DNA of 64,000 bases from an uncultured delta proteobacterium. GTDB taxonomy: Bacteria > Desulfobacterota > Syntrophia > Syntrophales > Smithellaceae. The number at the start of each line of letters is the position of its first letter. Positions within the stretch are counted from its first letter, which is position 1. Of this stretch, positions 8,930-18,423 are shown one piece after another. The stretch lies in the NCBI GenBank assembly GCA_963851005.1, contig CAWKNI010000002.1:6156-70155 (forward strand), in the 5' to 3' direction. The notes beneath the pieces were generated by a model that worked only from the letters and a program-made list of their open reading frames with translations, had not been told where the DNA came from and searched no databases. A program made the position numbers and the translations under genes.

Positions 8930-9892
8930 TCAAATCTTAAGAAACAATCGCCACCCGGCATACAGCGATCCCGGGACGAGATCCAGAGCGCCGGACGCTT
9001 CGGCGACTGGCGTGAATCCGCAGGCGTCGCAATTTATTTCACCCCGGTTTTTGACATAGCAGCCTTTCGTAATGGTACCATCCGGATCGACATTAATCAG
9101 AATATCATCACGGCAAGACCAGCGATTGTCAATCATTGCTTTGAGTCTGCTTGCCGAATTCAAAATGGGCAAACCCGATTTTTTCAGTTCCAGCAATTTA
9201 TAGACAGCAGCGCGGCGATCTTCCATTGAAAGAGCCAGGTCATCTTCTCCCTGATTGTAAGGATAGAAAAACTGAATGGTCATTCCTTGCAATGTCGGCA
9301 TTTCCTGCACCCACTTAGCCAAGGAATCCGCATCACGCCAGTTGTGACGATTCAGAGTGAAATGAATAAAAACCCGGGGATGATTAGTTCTTTTAATATT
9401 GGAGCAAATAAGGTCAAAGGAATCGCCCCTCAATTCATTGTGTGTTTCCTTGAGGCCGTCCAGACTTACCCACATTGCATGGGATAGAACATCCAGAGGC
9501 AGTGTGCCGTTAGTTGTCACTGCAACGCGCAGAAAGCGTCGTCTGGCATAAAGAACAAGATCGTGAAAGTGATAAGAGCCATCGCGCCACAGCAGAGGTT
9601 CGCCGCCTTCAAAAACAACAATTCGGGTGCCAAGTTGTCGCAGTGATTCCAGCGCAGTTATTGCCGTATCCCAGGACATGTGTGCTTCGTCATCATCAAC
9701 ACGAAGATGAAACGGGCATGCCCGACAGGCCAGGTTGCAGCAATAAGTAATCTTGAAACTGGCAAGCAGGGGAATTTTACGGCCCAATATTTTTCGCTGC
9801 AGAAAAAACCAAGGCAGGTCAAGAGGCCAGGGGATATGTGCAGTCTTTAAATTTTTTTCGTTTTTGTGCAAAGCGATATGAAATATCTCCAA
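8930..9892 (-). CDS. Radical SAM protein (possible SPASM-like Cys-rich C-terminus)
   Basis: 320-aa ORF with the CxxxCxxC motif CNLACRACPF, GGEPLL, and C-terminal cysteines CYVKNRGEINCDACG. Confidence 0.8.
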   Translation of the reverse strand: MEIFHIALHKNEKNLKTAHIPWPLDLPWFFLQRKILGRKIPLLASFKITYCCNLACRACPFHLRVDDDEAHMSWDTAITALESLRQLGTRIVVFEGGEPLLWRDGSYHFHDLVLYARRRFLRVAVTTNGTLPLDVLSHAMWVSLDGLKETHNELRGDSFDLICSNIKRTNHPRVFIHFTLNRHNWRDADSLAKWVQEMPTLQGMTIQFFYPYNQGEDDLALSMEDRRAAVYKLLELKKSGLPILNSASRLKAMIDNRWSCRDDILINVDPDGTITKGCYVKNRGEINCDACGFTPVAEASGALDLVPGSLYAGWRLFLKI

Positions 9893-9914
9893 CCTTAATA
9901 TTATTTATATAGAA

Positions 9915-9943
9915 CCTATAGGAACAAAAGAGATGCGTGTCAA
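9915..9943 (-). promoter_or_regulatory. Sigma70-like promoter for the radical SAM gene
   Basis: Minus-strand read: TTGACA (9938-9943), 17-nt spacer, TATAGG (9915-9920). It lies about 25 nt upstream of the start codon. Confidence 0.4.
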
Positions 9944-10158
9944 TATCATAAAAAAATAACTTTCGGAATTTATAACAGAAAAGCCTAAGTGTGAATAACC
10001 GCTGAAGTTAAAACGTTAGTTTAATTATTACTTTGTTGCCGTATTAATATATCATTCCGCGAGGTGGAAAGTAAAGACAAATTGGTATAAGAATTGATTG
10101 ACATTACGTGATGAGAACTTATATTATTCCCAACGTAAATCAACCAAGAGGTGAAATA

Positions 10159-11370
10159 ATGAAGGACATTTATTCGGCTATAAAAGTAACTGATAATGTT
10201 TACTGGGTTGGCGCCATCGATTGGACAATCCGGGATTTTCATGGATACACGACGCCCCACGGCAGCACATATAACGCCTATCTGGTGATGGCGGATGATA
10301 TTACCTTGATTGATACAGTTAAGGCGCCGTTTATGCGGGAAATGCTCTCCCGCATTAAATCTGTTGTCGATCCTCCCAAGATAAAATATATTGTTTCCAA
10401 CCATTCCGAGATGGATCATTCTGGCTGCCTGCCAGAGGTAATTGATTTCATTAAACCTCAAAAGGTTTTTGCTTCGACAGTCGGCGTAAAAACATTGAAA
10501 GAATTATTTCACGATGAGCATGAAATCATTCCCGTAAAAGATGGCGAAACGTTCAGTCTGGGTAATATGAATTTAACGTTTATGGAAACGCGCATGATTC
10601 ACTGGCCGGACAGCATGTTTACCTATCTGGATAAGGATGAGCTTTTATTTTCGCAGGACGCTTTCGGGATGCATTTGGCGACGCTGGAGCGTTTTGCCGA
10701 TGAAATTCCGGCGGCGACTCTGGAATATGAAGCGGCGACATATTATGCCAATATTGTTTTGCCTTATTCGCCGATAGTTCTGAAGGCTTTGGATAAGGTT
10801 GCGGCGTCAGGCTTGAAAATCAAAGTCATCGCTCCCGATCATGGGCCCGTCTGGCGCAAGGATATCGGCCGGATTATCGAGCTTTATAAGAAATGGGCCA
10901 TGCAAAAACCGACAGCGAAAGCTGTTGTTGTTTATGGCACTATGTGGCATTCTACCGAAAAAATGGCTAGCACCATCAGCGAGTCTCTTGCGCAGGAAGG
11001 CATCAAGGTAAAACTTATTTCCATGAATGAAACTCACCGAAGTGAAGTGGTTTACGAAGTGCTTGAAGCCGGCGCGCTGATAGTTGGGTCGCCTACATTG
11101 AACAACAACATTCTGCCGCAGATGGCGGATGTGATGACTTATCTGAAAGGATTGAAACCGGTAAATCTGATTGGCGCGGCTTTCGGATCATACGGCTGGA
11201 GTGGAGAATCGGTGAAACATCTGGAGACAATACTTAAGGAAATGAAGGTTGAAATCGCCGCTGAATCGATCTCCGTGAAGAATGTTCCCGATAATTCCGT
11301 TTTGGATAAATGTCGCGGGTTGGGGAAAACTATCGCGAAGGAGTTGCTCAAAAGGACGGGTGCCAATTAA
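10159..11370 (+). CDS. fprA: Flavodiiron protein (A-type flavoprotein / rubredoxin:oxygen oxidoreductase)
   Basis: Start moved to ATG 10159 (RBS AGAGGTGA). Metallo-beta-lactamase-like diiron motif NHSEMDHSG, followed by a flavodoxin domain VVVYGTMWHSTEKMA. Confidence 0.85.
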   Translation: MKDIYSAIKVTDNVYWVGAIDWTIRDFHGYTTPHGSTYNAYLVMADDITLIDTVKAPFMREMLSRIKSVVDPPKIKYIVSNHSEMDHSGCLPEVIDFIKPQKVFASTVGVKTLKELFHDEHEIIPVKDGETFSLGNMNLTFMETRMIHWPDSMFTYLDKDELLFSQDAFGMHLATLERFADEIPAATLEYEAATYYANIVLPYSPIVLKALDKVAASGLKIKVIAPDHGPVWRKDIGRIIELYKKWAMQKPTAKAVVVYGTMWHSTEKMASTISESLAQEGIKVKLISMNETHRSEVVYEVLEAGALIVGSPTLNNNILPQMADVMTYLKGLKPVNLIGAAFGSYGWSGESVKHLETILKEMKVEIAAESISVKNVPDNSVLDKCRGLGKTIAKELLKRTGAN

Positions 11371-11433
11371 ATAAAAAGAGTCATTCCGGAAGAGATTGTA
11401 CTTTTATGTATATTGGAGGCACGTTTTTTTCTT

Positions 11434-11570
11434 CCCCCTTATTTAAAGGGGGATCGAGGGGGATAATGAGAACATAAATAAAAATCCTCCCTAGCCCTCC
11501 TTTAAAAAGGAGGGAATACTGTGGTAAATATTTTTTTACCCCTCTTTATTAAAGGGGGAAAGAGGGGGAT
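11434..11570. repeat. Cluster of three hairpin-plus-third-arm repeats (C6 / AT loop / G6 / spacer / G6)
   Basis: CCCCCTTATTTAAAGGGGGATCGAGGGGGAT (11434-11464), inverted variant ATCCTCCCTAGCCCTCCTTTAAAAAGGAGGGAAT (11484-11517), and CCCCTCTTTATTAAAGGGGGAAAGAGGGGGAT (11539-11570). Confidence 0.8.
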
Positions 11571-11612
11571 TTGTAAAAATCTTTAACGGTAAAAAATATT
11601 GGGGAGAAAGAA

Positions 11613-11771
11613 ATGAAAAAATATGTTTGCGGAGTATGCGGTTACATTTACGATCCGGCCAAGGGAGATAAGGACGGCGGCGTTGCGAAGGGAACGGCTT
11701 TTGAAGATTTACCGGATGATTGGTCTTGTCCTATTTGCGGGGCGGCTAAAGACGAATTCGCCCCAGAATAA
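11613..11771 (+). CDS. rub: Rubredoxin (52 aa; absent from the supplied ORF track because it is under 60 aa)
   Basis: RBS GGGGAGAAAG then ATG 11613. Translation is [52 protein letters not shown], with both CxxCG knuckles. TAA at 11769-11771. Confidence 0.9.
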   Translation: MKKYVCGVCGYIYDPAKGDKDGGVAKGTAFEDLPDDWSCPICGAAKDEFAPE

Positions 11772-11775
11772 AGGT

Positions 11776-11901
11776 AACAGCCTCGTAAAAAGACCGGATG
11801 CTGTGTTGCGCTGCATCCCTCGTCATTGCGACGTACACTAAGAGTACGACTCATTCCTCGGGATTTGCGCGCCTTGCCTGCGGCCTTTTTACGAGGCCGT
11901 T
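11776..11901. repeat. ~125-bp long-palindrome intergenic element (family shared with 15588-15737)
   Basis: Outer arms CAGCCTCGTAAAAAGACCG (11778-11796) and CGGCCTTTTTACGAGGCCG (11881-11899) pair at 17/19. Internal motifs GTTGCGCTGCA and TTGCGCGCCTTGC recur in the second copy. Confidence 0.75.
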
Positions 11902-11982
11902 TGAAGATTGATAATTACATAACTTTTTAAGAGTTAATTGGTTTCCACCGGAAATAGAAATCTATAGATCGAGGATAAAAAC

Positions 11983-12480
11983 ATGGATAAAATTCAAGAT
12001 GCGTTGAATCAGGCGTATGCAGGCGAAGCAAAGGCCGCCCTGCGGCTTAAAGTTTACGCGCAAAAGGCAGAAGATGAAGGCTATACACAAATGGCAAAGC
12101 TTTTCCGCGTAATTGCCTTTTCGGAAGAGATACACGGCGCGAGAGCCTTGAGAGTGCTCAGGGAAATCAAGGGTACGGAAGAAAATCTCGCCGCCAGTTT
12201 TGAATCGGAAAAGAAGGTTGCCGAAGTCGCCTATGATCAATTCGTCAAACTGGCGGAAGAAGCGGGTAATAAAGAAGCTGTACTGCATTTCAGCCAAAGT
12301 AAGGATGTGGAAGAAACTCACGCCAAACTTTATAAAGAGGCCATGGCGCACTTCATGGAAGAGAGAGAAACAACTTACTATGTCTGTAAAGTTTGCGGGT
12401 ATGTAGCTGACGGTGTTCTGCCTGATGAATGTCCCATTTGCGGCGCTAAAGCGAAAATGTTTGAATCCTTTGATAAGTGA
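11983..12480 (+). CDS. rbr: Rubrerythrin
   Basis: 165-aa ORF. Ferritin-like diiron domain (AYAGEAKAALRLKVYAQKAEDEGY..SEEIHG..) plus a C-terminal rubredoxin-like CKVCGY...CPICG. Confidence 0.9.
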   Translation: MDKIQDALNQAYAGEAKAALRLKVYAQKAEDEGYTQMAKLFRVIAFSEEIHGARALRVLREIKGTEENLAASFESEKKVAEVAYDQFVKLAEEAGNKEAVLHFSQSKDVEETHAKLYKEAMAHFMEERETTYYVCKVCGYVADGVLPDECPICGAKAKMFESFDK

Positions 12481-12527
12481 AAGGCATTCCATAATAGCGT
12501 CTTGATTTAGAATAGTGAGGTTCATGG

Positions 12528-12938
12528 ATGATAGTTATAATAACGAGATGGCTGATAATAACCGTGGCCATTCTTCTTGCTTCGCAGTTTGTGCCGGGCA
12601 TCAAAGTGGATACCCTTTCCACGGCAGTCATTGCCGCCTGTGTTTTAAGCCTTATAAATATTTTTATAAGACCTGTTTTTGTTTTTCTGACCCTGCCCTT
12701 GAGCATATTGACGCTGGGAATATTTTATTTTTTTATCAACGCTTTTATGCTGGAGCTCGTCGCTTATTTTGTGTCGGGGTTTGTAGTCAAAGACTTTTTT
12801 TCCGCGTTTTTAGGATCGCTGATTATCAGCTTTGTCAGTTGGCTGGCCAATTCTTTTATTGCCACCCATAAGATTGAGAGGCCGGATAATCCGGATTATA
12901 TTGACTTGAAAAAAGGGGATAACGGCAAATGGCGCTAG
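12528..12938 (+). CDS. DUF360 / phage-holin-4_2 family membrane protein
   Basis: 136-aa ORF with four hydrophobic segments. [21 protein letters not shown]...[24 protein letters not shown] is typical of this family. RBS GTGAGG 7 nt upstream. Confidence 0.7.
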   Translation: MIVIITRWLIITVAILLASQFVPGIKVDTLSTAVIAACVLSLINIFIRPVFVFLTLPLSILTLGIFYFFINAFMLELVAYFVSGFVVKDFFSAFLGSLIISFVSWLANSFIATHKIERPDNPDYIDLKKGDNGKWR

Positions 12939-15586
12939 ACGCGACGCTCGACCTGACTCCGGCAATGAAGCAGTATGTCAAGATCAAGGAAAAATATCCT
13001 GATTGTATTTTGTTCTACCGCATGGGTGATTTCTATGAGATGTTTTTTGAAGACGCGGTAACAGCCGCGCCGGTTCTGGAAATCACTCTCACTTCCCGAA
13101 ATAAAGGCAAGGAAGACAGCGTGCCGCTTTGCGGTTTTCCCTATCATGCCGCATCCGCCTATATTACCAAACTTGTGGAAAAAGGATTTAAAGTGGCGAT
13201 ATGCGAGCAGATCGAAGATCCTAAAAAAGCGAAGGGCGTAGTCAAAAGAGAAGTGATCCGCGTCATCACTCCAGGACTTGTTCTCGATGAAGAAAATCTT
13301 GCCGCGGGCGAAAATAATTATCTGGCCTGCCTTTGTGCCTGCAGGGATTTACTTGGCCTTGCCTTTCTGGATATTTCCACGGGCGAATTTCAGATCAGCG
13401 AATTTACCGACCGTGAATTTTTCTTCACCGCCATTGCCGGATTGGATTTTAAAGAATTGATCCTGTCACGAGATTTTCCTGATAAGATATTGCTCAAAAC
13501 GCTGGAGGCGCAAATGCCTTCAATCCATATTAATTATCTGGAAGAAGATTGTTTTCAATCCACGCAGGCGGACGCTGTTTTAAATCAGAATTTTACCGCC
13601 GAAGTATTGGACAAGGCAAAAATAAAGGAACATCCGGCGGCAATAATGGCCTCCGGCGCCATTTTAAGTTATGTTAACCAGACGCAGAAAATCAGTCCCC
13701 AGCACATAAGTGAAATAAAATGGTATTCCACGGAAAATTTTCTTCTTCTCGATGACACCGCCCGCTGCAATCTGGAGATATTTACGACCATTCAGGATAA
13801 CTCCAAAGCCGGTTCTCTTTTTTCACTTTTTAATGAAACATTGACGCCGATGGGAACCAGACGCCTGCGTTGGTGGATGAATTACCCGCTGGTGAATGTG
13901 GAAAAGATAAAGACAAGATTGGCCGCGGTTGCCGAAATCAAAAATGATCATATCATGCGGTCGAATCTGCGCAAAATTTTATCACGCATTTATGATCTGG
14001 AACGACTGGCCGGAAGGGTGGCGCTAAAGGTGGCGAATCCTCGCGATTTAATCGCGCTAAAGATTTCACTTTCAGCCATACCGGAACTCAAAGCGATGCT
14101 GATGGATTCAACAACTCCGGCGATTGCCGCAATCCGCGCGCGATTTACGGAAATGAAAGCAGCAGTTGATCTGATTACGCGGGCGATAATTGACGATCCA
14201 CCGCAAAAAACGCAGGATGGCGGTTTTATTGCCGCAGGCTTCGATGAAGAACTGGATAAGTTGCGATCTGTCAGCCACGACGGGAAAAAATGGATTGCCG
14301 CTATGGAGGCCGGGGAGAGAAAGAAAACAGGAATCAATTCTCTGAAGATCGGGTTCAATAACATTTTCGGTTACTACATTGAAGTGACCAAGGCCAATGC
14401 CGCGCTGGTTCCGGACTCCTACATAAGAAAACAGACACTGGTCAACGCGGAGCGTTATATTAATCAGGAGTTGAAGGAATTTGAACAAACCGTTTTAAAC
14501 GCGGAAGAAAGAATCAAGGAACGTGAGCAGGAATTGTTTCTTGCCCTGCGCGATGATCTTAATCAATATATTACGGACATTCAGAATAATTCAAATCTCG
14601 TTGCCGAAATTGACGCTCTGGCCGCACTGGCGGAAGTTGCCGAAAAATATCATTATACCTGTCCCGAAATAGATGATGAAGATATCATTGAGATAAAAGA
14701 CGGACGCCATCCGGTCGTGGAGACGGCATTGAAAAAAGAAGGTTTTGTACCGAACGATTGTTTGATTGATTTGCAGAACAATAAATTGCTCATTATCACC
14801 GGCCCGAATATGGCGGGAAAGTCCACTTATATTCGGCAGGTGGCTTTGATTGTCCTTCTGGCGCAAATGGGAAGTTTTGTTCCGGCGGCCAGGGCAAAGA
14901 TAGGCATTGTTGATAAAATATTTACCCGGGTCGGCGCGTCCGATAGTCTGATTAGAGGACAGAGCACATTTATGGTGGAGATGACGGAGACGGCTGAAAT
15001 TTTAAAAAACGCAACCTCTCGCAGTCTGGTTATTTTTGATGAAGTGGGACGCGGGACTTCCACGTTTGACGGCTTGAGCATTGCCTGGGCGGTTGCCGAG
15101 TACATTCACGATTTCCGGGGATGCGGCGTCCGCGCTTTGTTTGCCACTCATTACCATCAATTGACGGATCTGGTGGTGACAAAAACAGGAGTGAAAAATT
15201 ATAATATCGCGGTGAAGGAGTGGGGAGAAAAAATAATTTTTCTGCGCAAGATCATGGAAGGCGGCACCAGCCGCAGTTACGGCATCGAAGTGGCGCGCAT
15301 CGCCGGCGTTCCTCAGGAAGTGATTGCCCGCGCCAAGGAAATACTGCGCAATCTGGAGAAGGGGGAATTTGACGAAATCGGCATGCCCCGCATTGTCCGC
15401 GGAACCCGCGAAGGAAAAAACGCCAGTCCCCAATTAAGTCTTTTCGCCAGAAAAGAAAGCGCGATTGCCCGGGAAAATAAAAATGAAAAAATTGTTACCG
15501 AACTTATAAATCTTGATATTCAATCTATGTCGCCTCTCGAAGCGCTCAACAAATTGAGTGAGCTGAAAGACAAAATATCAGAATAA
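12929..15586 (+). CDS. mutS: DNA mismatch repair protein MutS
   Basis: 885-aa ORF. N-terminal [21 protein letters not shown], Walker [12 protein letters not shown], and STFMVEM / DEVGRGTST motifs. Confidence 0.95.
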   Translation: MALDATLDLTPAMKQYVKIKEKYPDCILFYRMGDFYEMFFEDAVTAAPVLEITLTSRNKGKEDSVPLCGFPYHAASAYITKLVEKGFKVAICEQIEDPKKAKGVVKREVIRVITPGLVLDEENLAAGENNYLACLCACRDLLGLAFLDISTGEFQISEFTDREFFFTAIAGLDFKELILSRDFPDKILLKTLEAQMPSIHINYLEEDCFQSTQADAVLNQNFTAEVLDKAKIKEHPAAIMASGAILSYVNQTQKISPQHISEIKWYSTENFLLLDDTARCNLEIFTTIQDNSKAGSLFSLFNETLTPMGTRRLRWWMNYPLVNVEKIKTRLAAVAEIKNDHIMRSNLRKILSRIYDLERLAGRVALKVANPRDLIALKISLSAIPELKAMLMDSTTPAIAAIRARFTEMKAAVDLITRAIIDDPPQKTQDGGFIAAGFDEELDKLRSVSHDGKKWIAAMEAGERKKTGINSLKIGFNNIFGYYIEVTKANAALVPDSYIRKQTLVNAERYINQELKEFEQTVLNAEERIKEREQELFLALRDDLNQYITDIQNNSNLVAEIDALAALAEVAEKYHYTCPEIDDEDIIEIKDGRHPVVETALKKEGFVPNDCLIDLQNNKLLIITGPNMAGKSTYIRQVALIVLLAQMGSFVPAARAKIGIVDKIFTRVGASDSLIRGQSTFMVEMTETAEILKNATSRSLVIFDEVGRGTSTFDGLSIAWAVAEYIHDFRGCGVRALFATHYHQLTDLVVTKTGVKNYNIAVKEWGEKIIFLRKIMEGGTSRSYGIEVARIAGVPQEVIARAKEILRNLEKGEFDEIGMPRIVRGTREGKNASPQLSLFARKESAIARENKNEKIVTELINLDIQSMSPLEALNKLSELKDKISE

Positions 15587-15587
15587 A

Positions 15588-15737
15588 GGGGCTGTTGAAA
15601 AACGCTCATCTGCGGCGTTGCGCTGCAAACCGCACCGCTCAACGTATTGAATATACGCCTCGCGGTTCAGTTTTTGCGCTCCTTGCATCTGAACATTTTT
15701 GAACAGCCCCTCAATCATGGGATTTTTGAACAACCCC
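15588..15737. repeat. Second copy of the ~125-bp long-palindrome element, plus an extra half-arm
   Basis: Arms GGGGCTGTTGAAAAACG (from 15588) and CATTTTTGAACAGCCCC (to 15710). Internal GTTGCGCTGCA and TTGCGCTCCTTGC match 11776-11901. Extra arm TTTTTGAACAACCCC near 15723-15737. It starts right after the mutS stop. Confidence 0.75.
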
Positions 15738-15903
15738 TGATATCTTATTTTCTTACGGAAGACTTTAACAATAATTATTTGATTTTCATCAAATATTATC
15801 GTACAAAATAAAAAATTCAACGAACAGTTTTTCTTAAACTGGCATATTAAAGATTACGTGTATTAATTGTTAGGTGTGAGGAAATAACCTCTAGAGAATA
15901 ACG

Positions 15904-17355
15904 ATGGCAAAAGCTAAGAATCCAGTTACTTTTTCAGATTATTTTGGCATTTCATCAGATAAACTTAACAAATTAGGTGTATTTGATCCTACGCTTGCTA
16001 TTGATACGAGATTATTCATTGATCCACTGCTGCTTCAATTTTCCGCGCATCATGAGATTAATAATACAGGTGTGAAAGAGTACAGGACGCATTTTGAAAA
16101 TGTAATTAAATTCCTGTCATATACTCAGAACAATGATGATATTGCTTGGCGAACCGCAAAAAGGCTTCTTGAATTTCATGAAATAAAAGGTACGTGTCTT
16201 GGGTATGGTGCTGGATCAATCTCGGGAAGTGGTTTTGGTTCGGCACTCACAAATCGTCTTTTGCATGTAGCTAAAGACATTGTAGATCTTGGTGTAAGAG
16301 ATCCAGACCTCTTCCCACTTATGGCACTTTTTGAGGCTGATATTGGGCCTGATCGAATCAGTGATATGGTCACCAATGTTATTATTGGTGCACTTTCAGA
16401 GTTCAACAAAAGAATTCTTAGTGAATTGGGCATAGTTGGTGAGGGCTTTGAATTACCTTCTGGCAAGATGTATTTTGTTTTAAATCCTTTTGAAGATTTT
16501 CGAACTCCAATTGTTCTAGTGCCAAATGATATATTAAGAAAGCTTCCTGTTGCTCAAGACTGGGATGAAGTGGCAGATGTCGCAATTAAAAATCAGGAAT
16601 TGCGCAATAGAGTAAACGTCTATATCGGCCATATTTGGGAAAAAAAATCAAAGCGCGATAAAGCCAAACTTAAATCTCAGGTTCTTACTAGTGAATCTTC
16701 TTTTAATGTTCTATTAGATATAATCCATACAGCTCCTTCTGTACCATATGATTCAATAAACGACCCAGATGGTCTAATTTCTTGGGCGCGCCTAGCACCA
16801 AAATATGTTTCGAATTATCCACTAAAAATACCATCGGGGAAATTGCCCCTTAGCTTAGAATCAGTTTTTGAAATTGTCAGAACTATTATATCTCAATTCC
16901 GTCAACTTGTAGAAAATAATGGACTTAATAGGGAACTTTTTACGAAGGATAAAAAACCGCGGCATGAATCATCTGCCCAAAGAATATTCTTTGCAGTAGC
17001 TTATAGCTATTGCAAGGCAAACGACATCGACATTTCACCCGAAATAGATACAGGCACGGGGAAAATTGATTTTAAATTTTCAATAGGCTTCGAATCTAGA
17101 GTGCTTGTAGAAGTCAAGCTATCCAGCAATAGTCAACTTGTATCAAGCTACGCAACACAACTTGAATTATATAAAAAATCTGAAGAAACCATGCAAGCAT
17201 TTTACTTGGTTATTGATGTTGGGGGAATGGGTAATAAAGACACCAGGTTGTTCAAAATGCGCAATGAAGCATCAGCGCAAGGATATCCTCTATCAGAAGT
17301 AGAATTTGTCGATGCTCGTTTGAAACCTACAGCCAGCAAAAGGCATAATATTTAA
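15904..17355 (+). CDS. Hypothetical protein with a C-terminal PD-(D/E)XK-like nuclease motif
   Basis: 483-aa ORF in a visibly AT-richer patch. C-terminal ESSAQRIFFAVAYSYC...GTGKIDFKF...SRVLVEVKL fits an E..D..E-x-K restriction-endonuclease-like core. The N-terminal ~330 aa are not recognised. Confidence 0.6.
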   Translation: MAKAKNPVTFSDYFGISSDKLNKLGVFDPTLAIDTRLFIDPLLLQFSAHHEINNTGVKEYRTHFENVIKFLSYTQNNDDIAWRTAKRLLEFHEIKGTCLGYGAGSISGSGFGSALTNRLLHVAKDIVDLGVRDPDLFPLMALFEADIGPDRISDMVTNVIIGALSEFNKRILSELGIVGEGFELPSGKMYFVLNPFEDFRTPIVLVPNDILRKLPVAQDWDEVADVAIKNQELRNRVNVYIGHIWEKKSKRDKAKLKSQVLTSESSFNVLLDIIHTAPSVPYDSINDPDGLISWARLAPKYVSNYPLKIPSGKLPLSLESVFEIVRTIISQFRQLVENNGLNRELFTKDKKPRHESSAQRIFFAVAYSYCKANDIDISPEIDTGTGKIDFKFSIGFESRVLVEVKLSSNSQLVSSYATQLELYKKSEETMQAFYLVIDVGGMGNKDTRLFKMRNEASAQGYPLSEVEFVDARLKPTASKRHNI

Positions 17356-17555
17356 AATTTAGTACTCAACAATTTCGGTCAGCGAATTCGCAATACTTGC
17401 CACTTATAAACACATTATGAAAGATAATACAAAAGATGACAAATCAAGAATGGTCAGAAAAAGATGGGGAAAGTAGAGGTTTTTATGATGGTGAGGGAAT
17501 TGATTATGGGGTAAGATAATATTAAATATTTTTTAGAAGATCAGGAGGGTTTATC

Positions 17556-18206
17556 ATGTTTAAGAAATCATTTTTAACAGGCACGGCAGCGTTAATTACA
17601 GTTTTTTTTATTACATCATCATGGGCGGCGGAATTATTGCCTATAAAGCTGCCGCCGCCGAATCTGAATGGCGGAAAATCGCTGATGCAATCTCTGCAGG
17701 CCAGAAAATCGTCGAGGGAGTTCAGCGCAAAAAAACTGCCGGTGGAAGTTCTTTCCAACCTGCTCTGGGCAGCCTTTGGAATTAACAGGCCGGATTCAGG
17801 GCGGCGCACAGCTCCTTCCGCCGTGAATTGGCAGGAAATTGATATCTATGTGGCCATGGCCGACGGCCTCTATCTTTACAATGCCAAAGAGCACGTTTTG
17901 AAACCGGTTGTCAAACAGGATATCCGGGAGCTGACGGGCAAGCAGCCGTTTGTAAAAGAAGCGCCTGTAAATTTAATATATGTCGCCGATTATTCCAGAA
18001 TGGGCGGAGCCAGTGTGGAGGATAGAAATTTCTATACAGCGGCGGATACCGGATTCATTGCGCAGAATGTTTATTTATTTTGCGCTTCGGAGGGGTTGGC
18101 AACGGTCGTCAGAGGTTCTATCGACAGGGATGTTCTGGCAAAAGCCATGGGACTTCGTGATAATCAAAAGATTGTTCTGTCCCAGACGGTCGGTTATCCG
18201 AAATAA
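17556..18206 (+). CDS. Nitroreductase-family protein with N-terminal signal/anchor
   Basis: 216-aa ORF. Hydrophobic N-terminus, then LQARKSSREFSAKKLPVEVLSNLLWAAFGINRP, which is typical of nitroreductase/SagB-like folds. Confidence 0.75.
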   Translation: MFKKSFLTGTAALITVFFITSSWAAELLPIKLPPPNLNGGKSLMQSLQARKSSREFSAKKLPVEVLSNLLWAAFGINRPDSGRRTAPSAVNWQEIDIYVAMADGLYLYNAKEHVLKPVVKQDIRELTGKQPFVKEAPVNLIYVADYSRMGGASVEDRNFYTAADTGFIAQNVYLFCASEGLATVVRGSIDRDVLAKAMGLRDNQKIVLSQTVGYPK

Positions 18207-18423
18207 TCAGGGTGAATTTAGTGCGGTGTTTAGTTGTCTAAGCAATAATATCTTCATAAATATTTGCTTGTAATGATGATGAATATTGGTTAATAAATAA
18301 CGGGAATTTGCTCAGTTGATAATGCTAAATAGAGCCGTTAATTAGGACTGGTTTAAATATGTTTGCTGACGTAAGTAATGGTGACCATAACCCATAGATT
18401 TTTCTGCAAAAAAGGAGGGTGAG

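Noticed and set aside
10021-10461. 146-aa minus-strand ORF overlapping the fprA 5' region
   Set aside because: It is antisense to the flavodiiron gene and its promoter region. No motifs.
11434-11570. CRISPR array hypothesis for the clustered short repeats here and for the other repeat families
   Set aside because: There are only three units, in mixed orientation, with irregular 20-nt spacers. Each unit is itself a hairpin. No cas genes are present and there is no regular repeat-spacer periodicity anywhere in the window.
11962-12525. 187-aa minus-strand ORF opposite rubrerythrin
   Set aside because: The plus strand encodes an unmistakable rubrerythrin. This is a shadow ORF.
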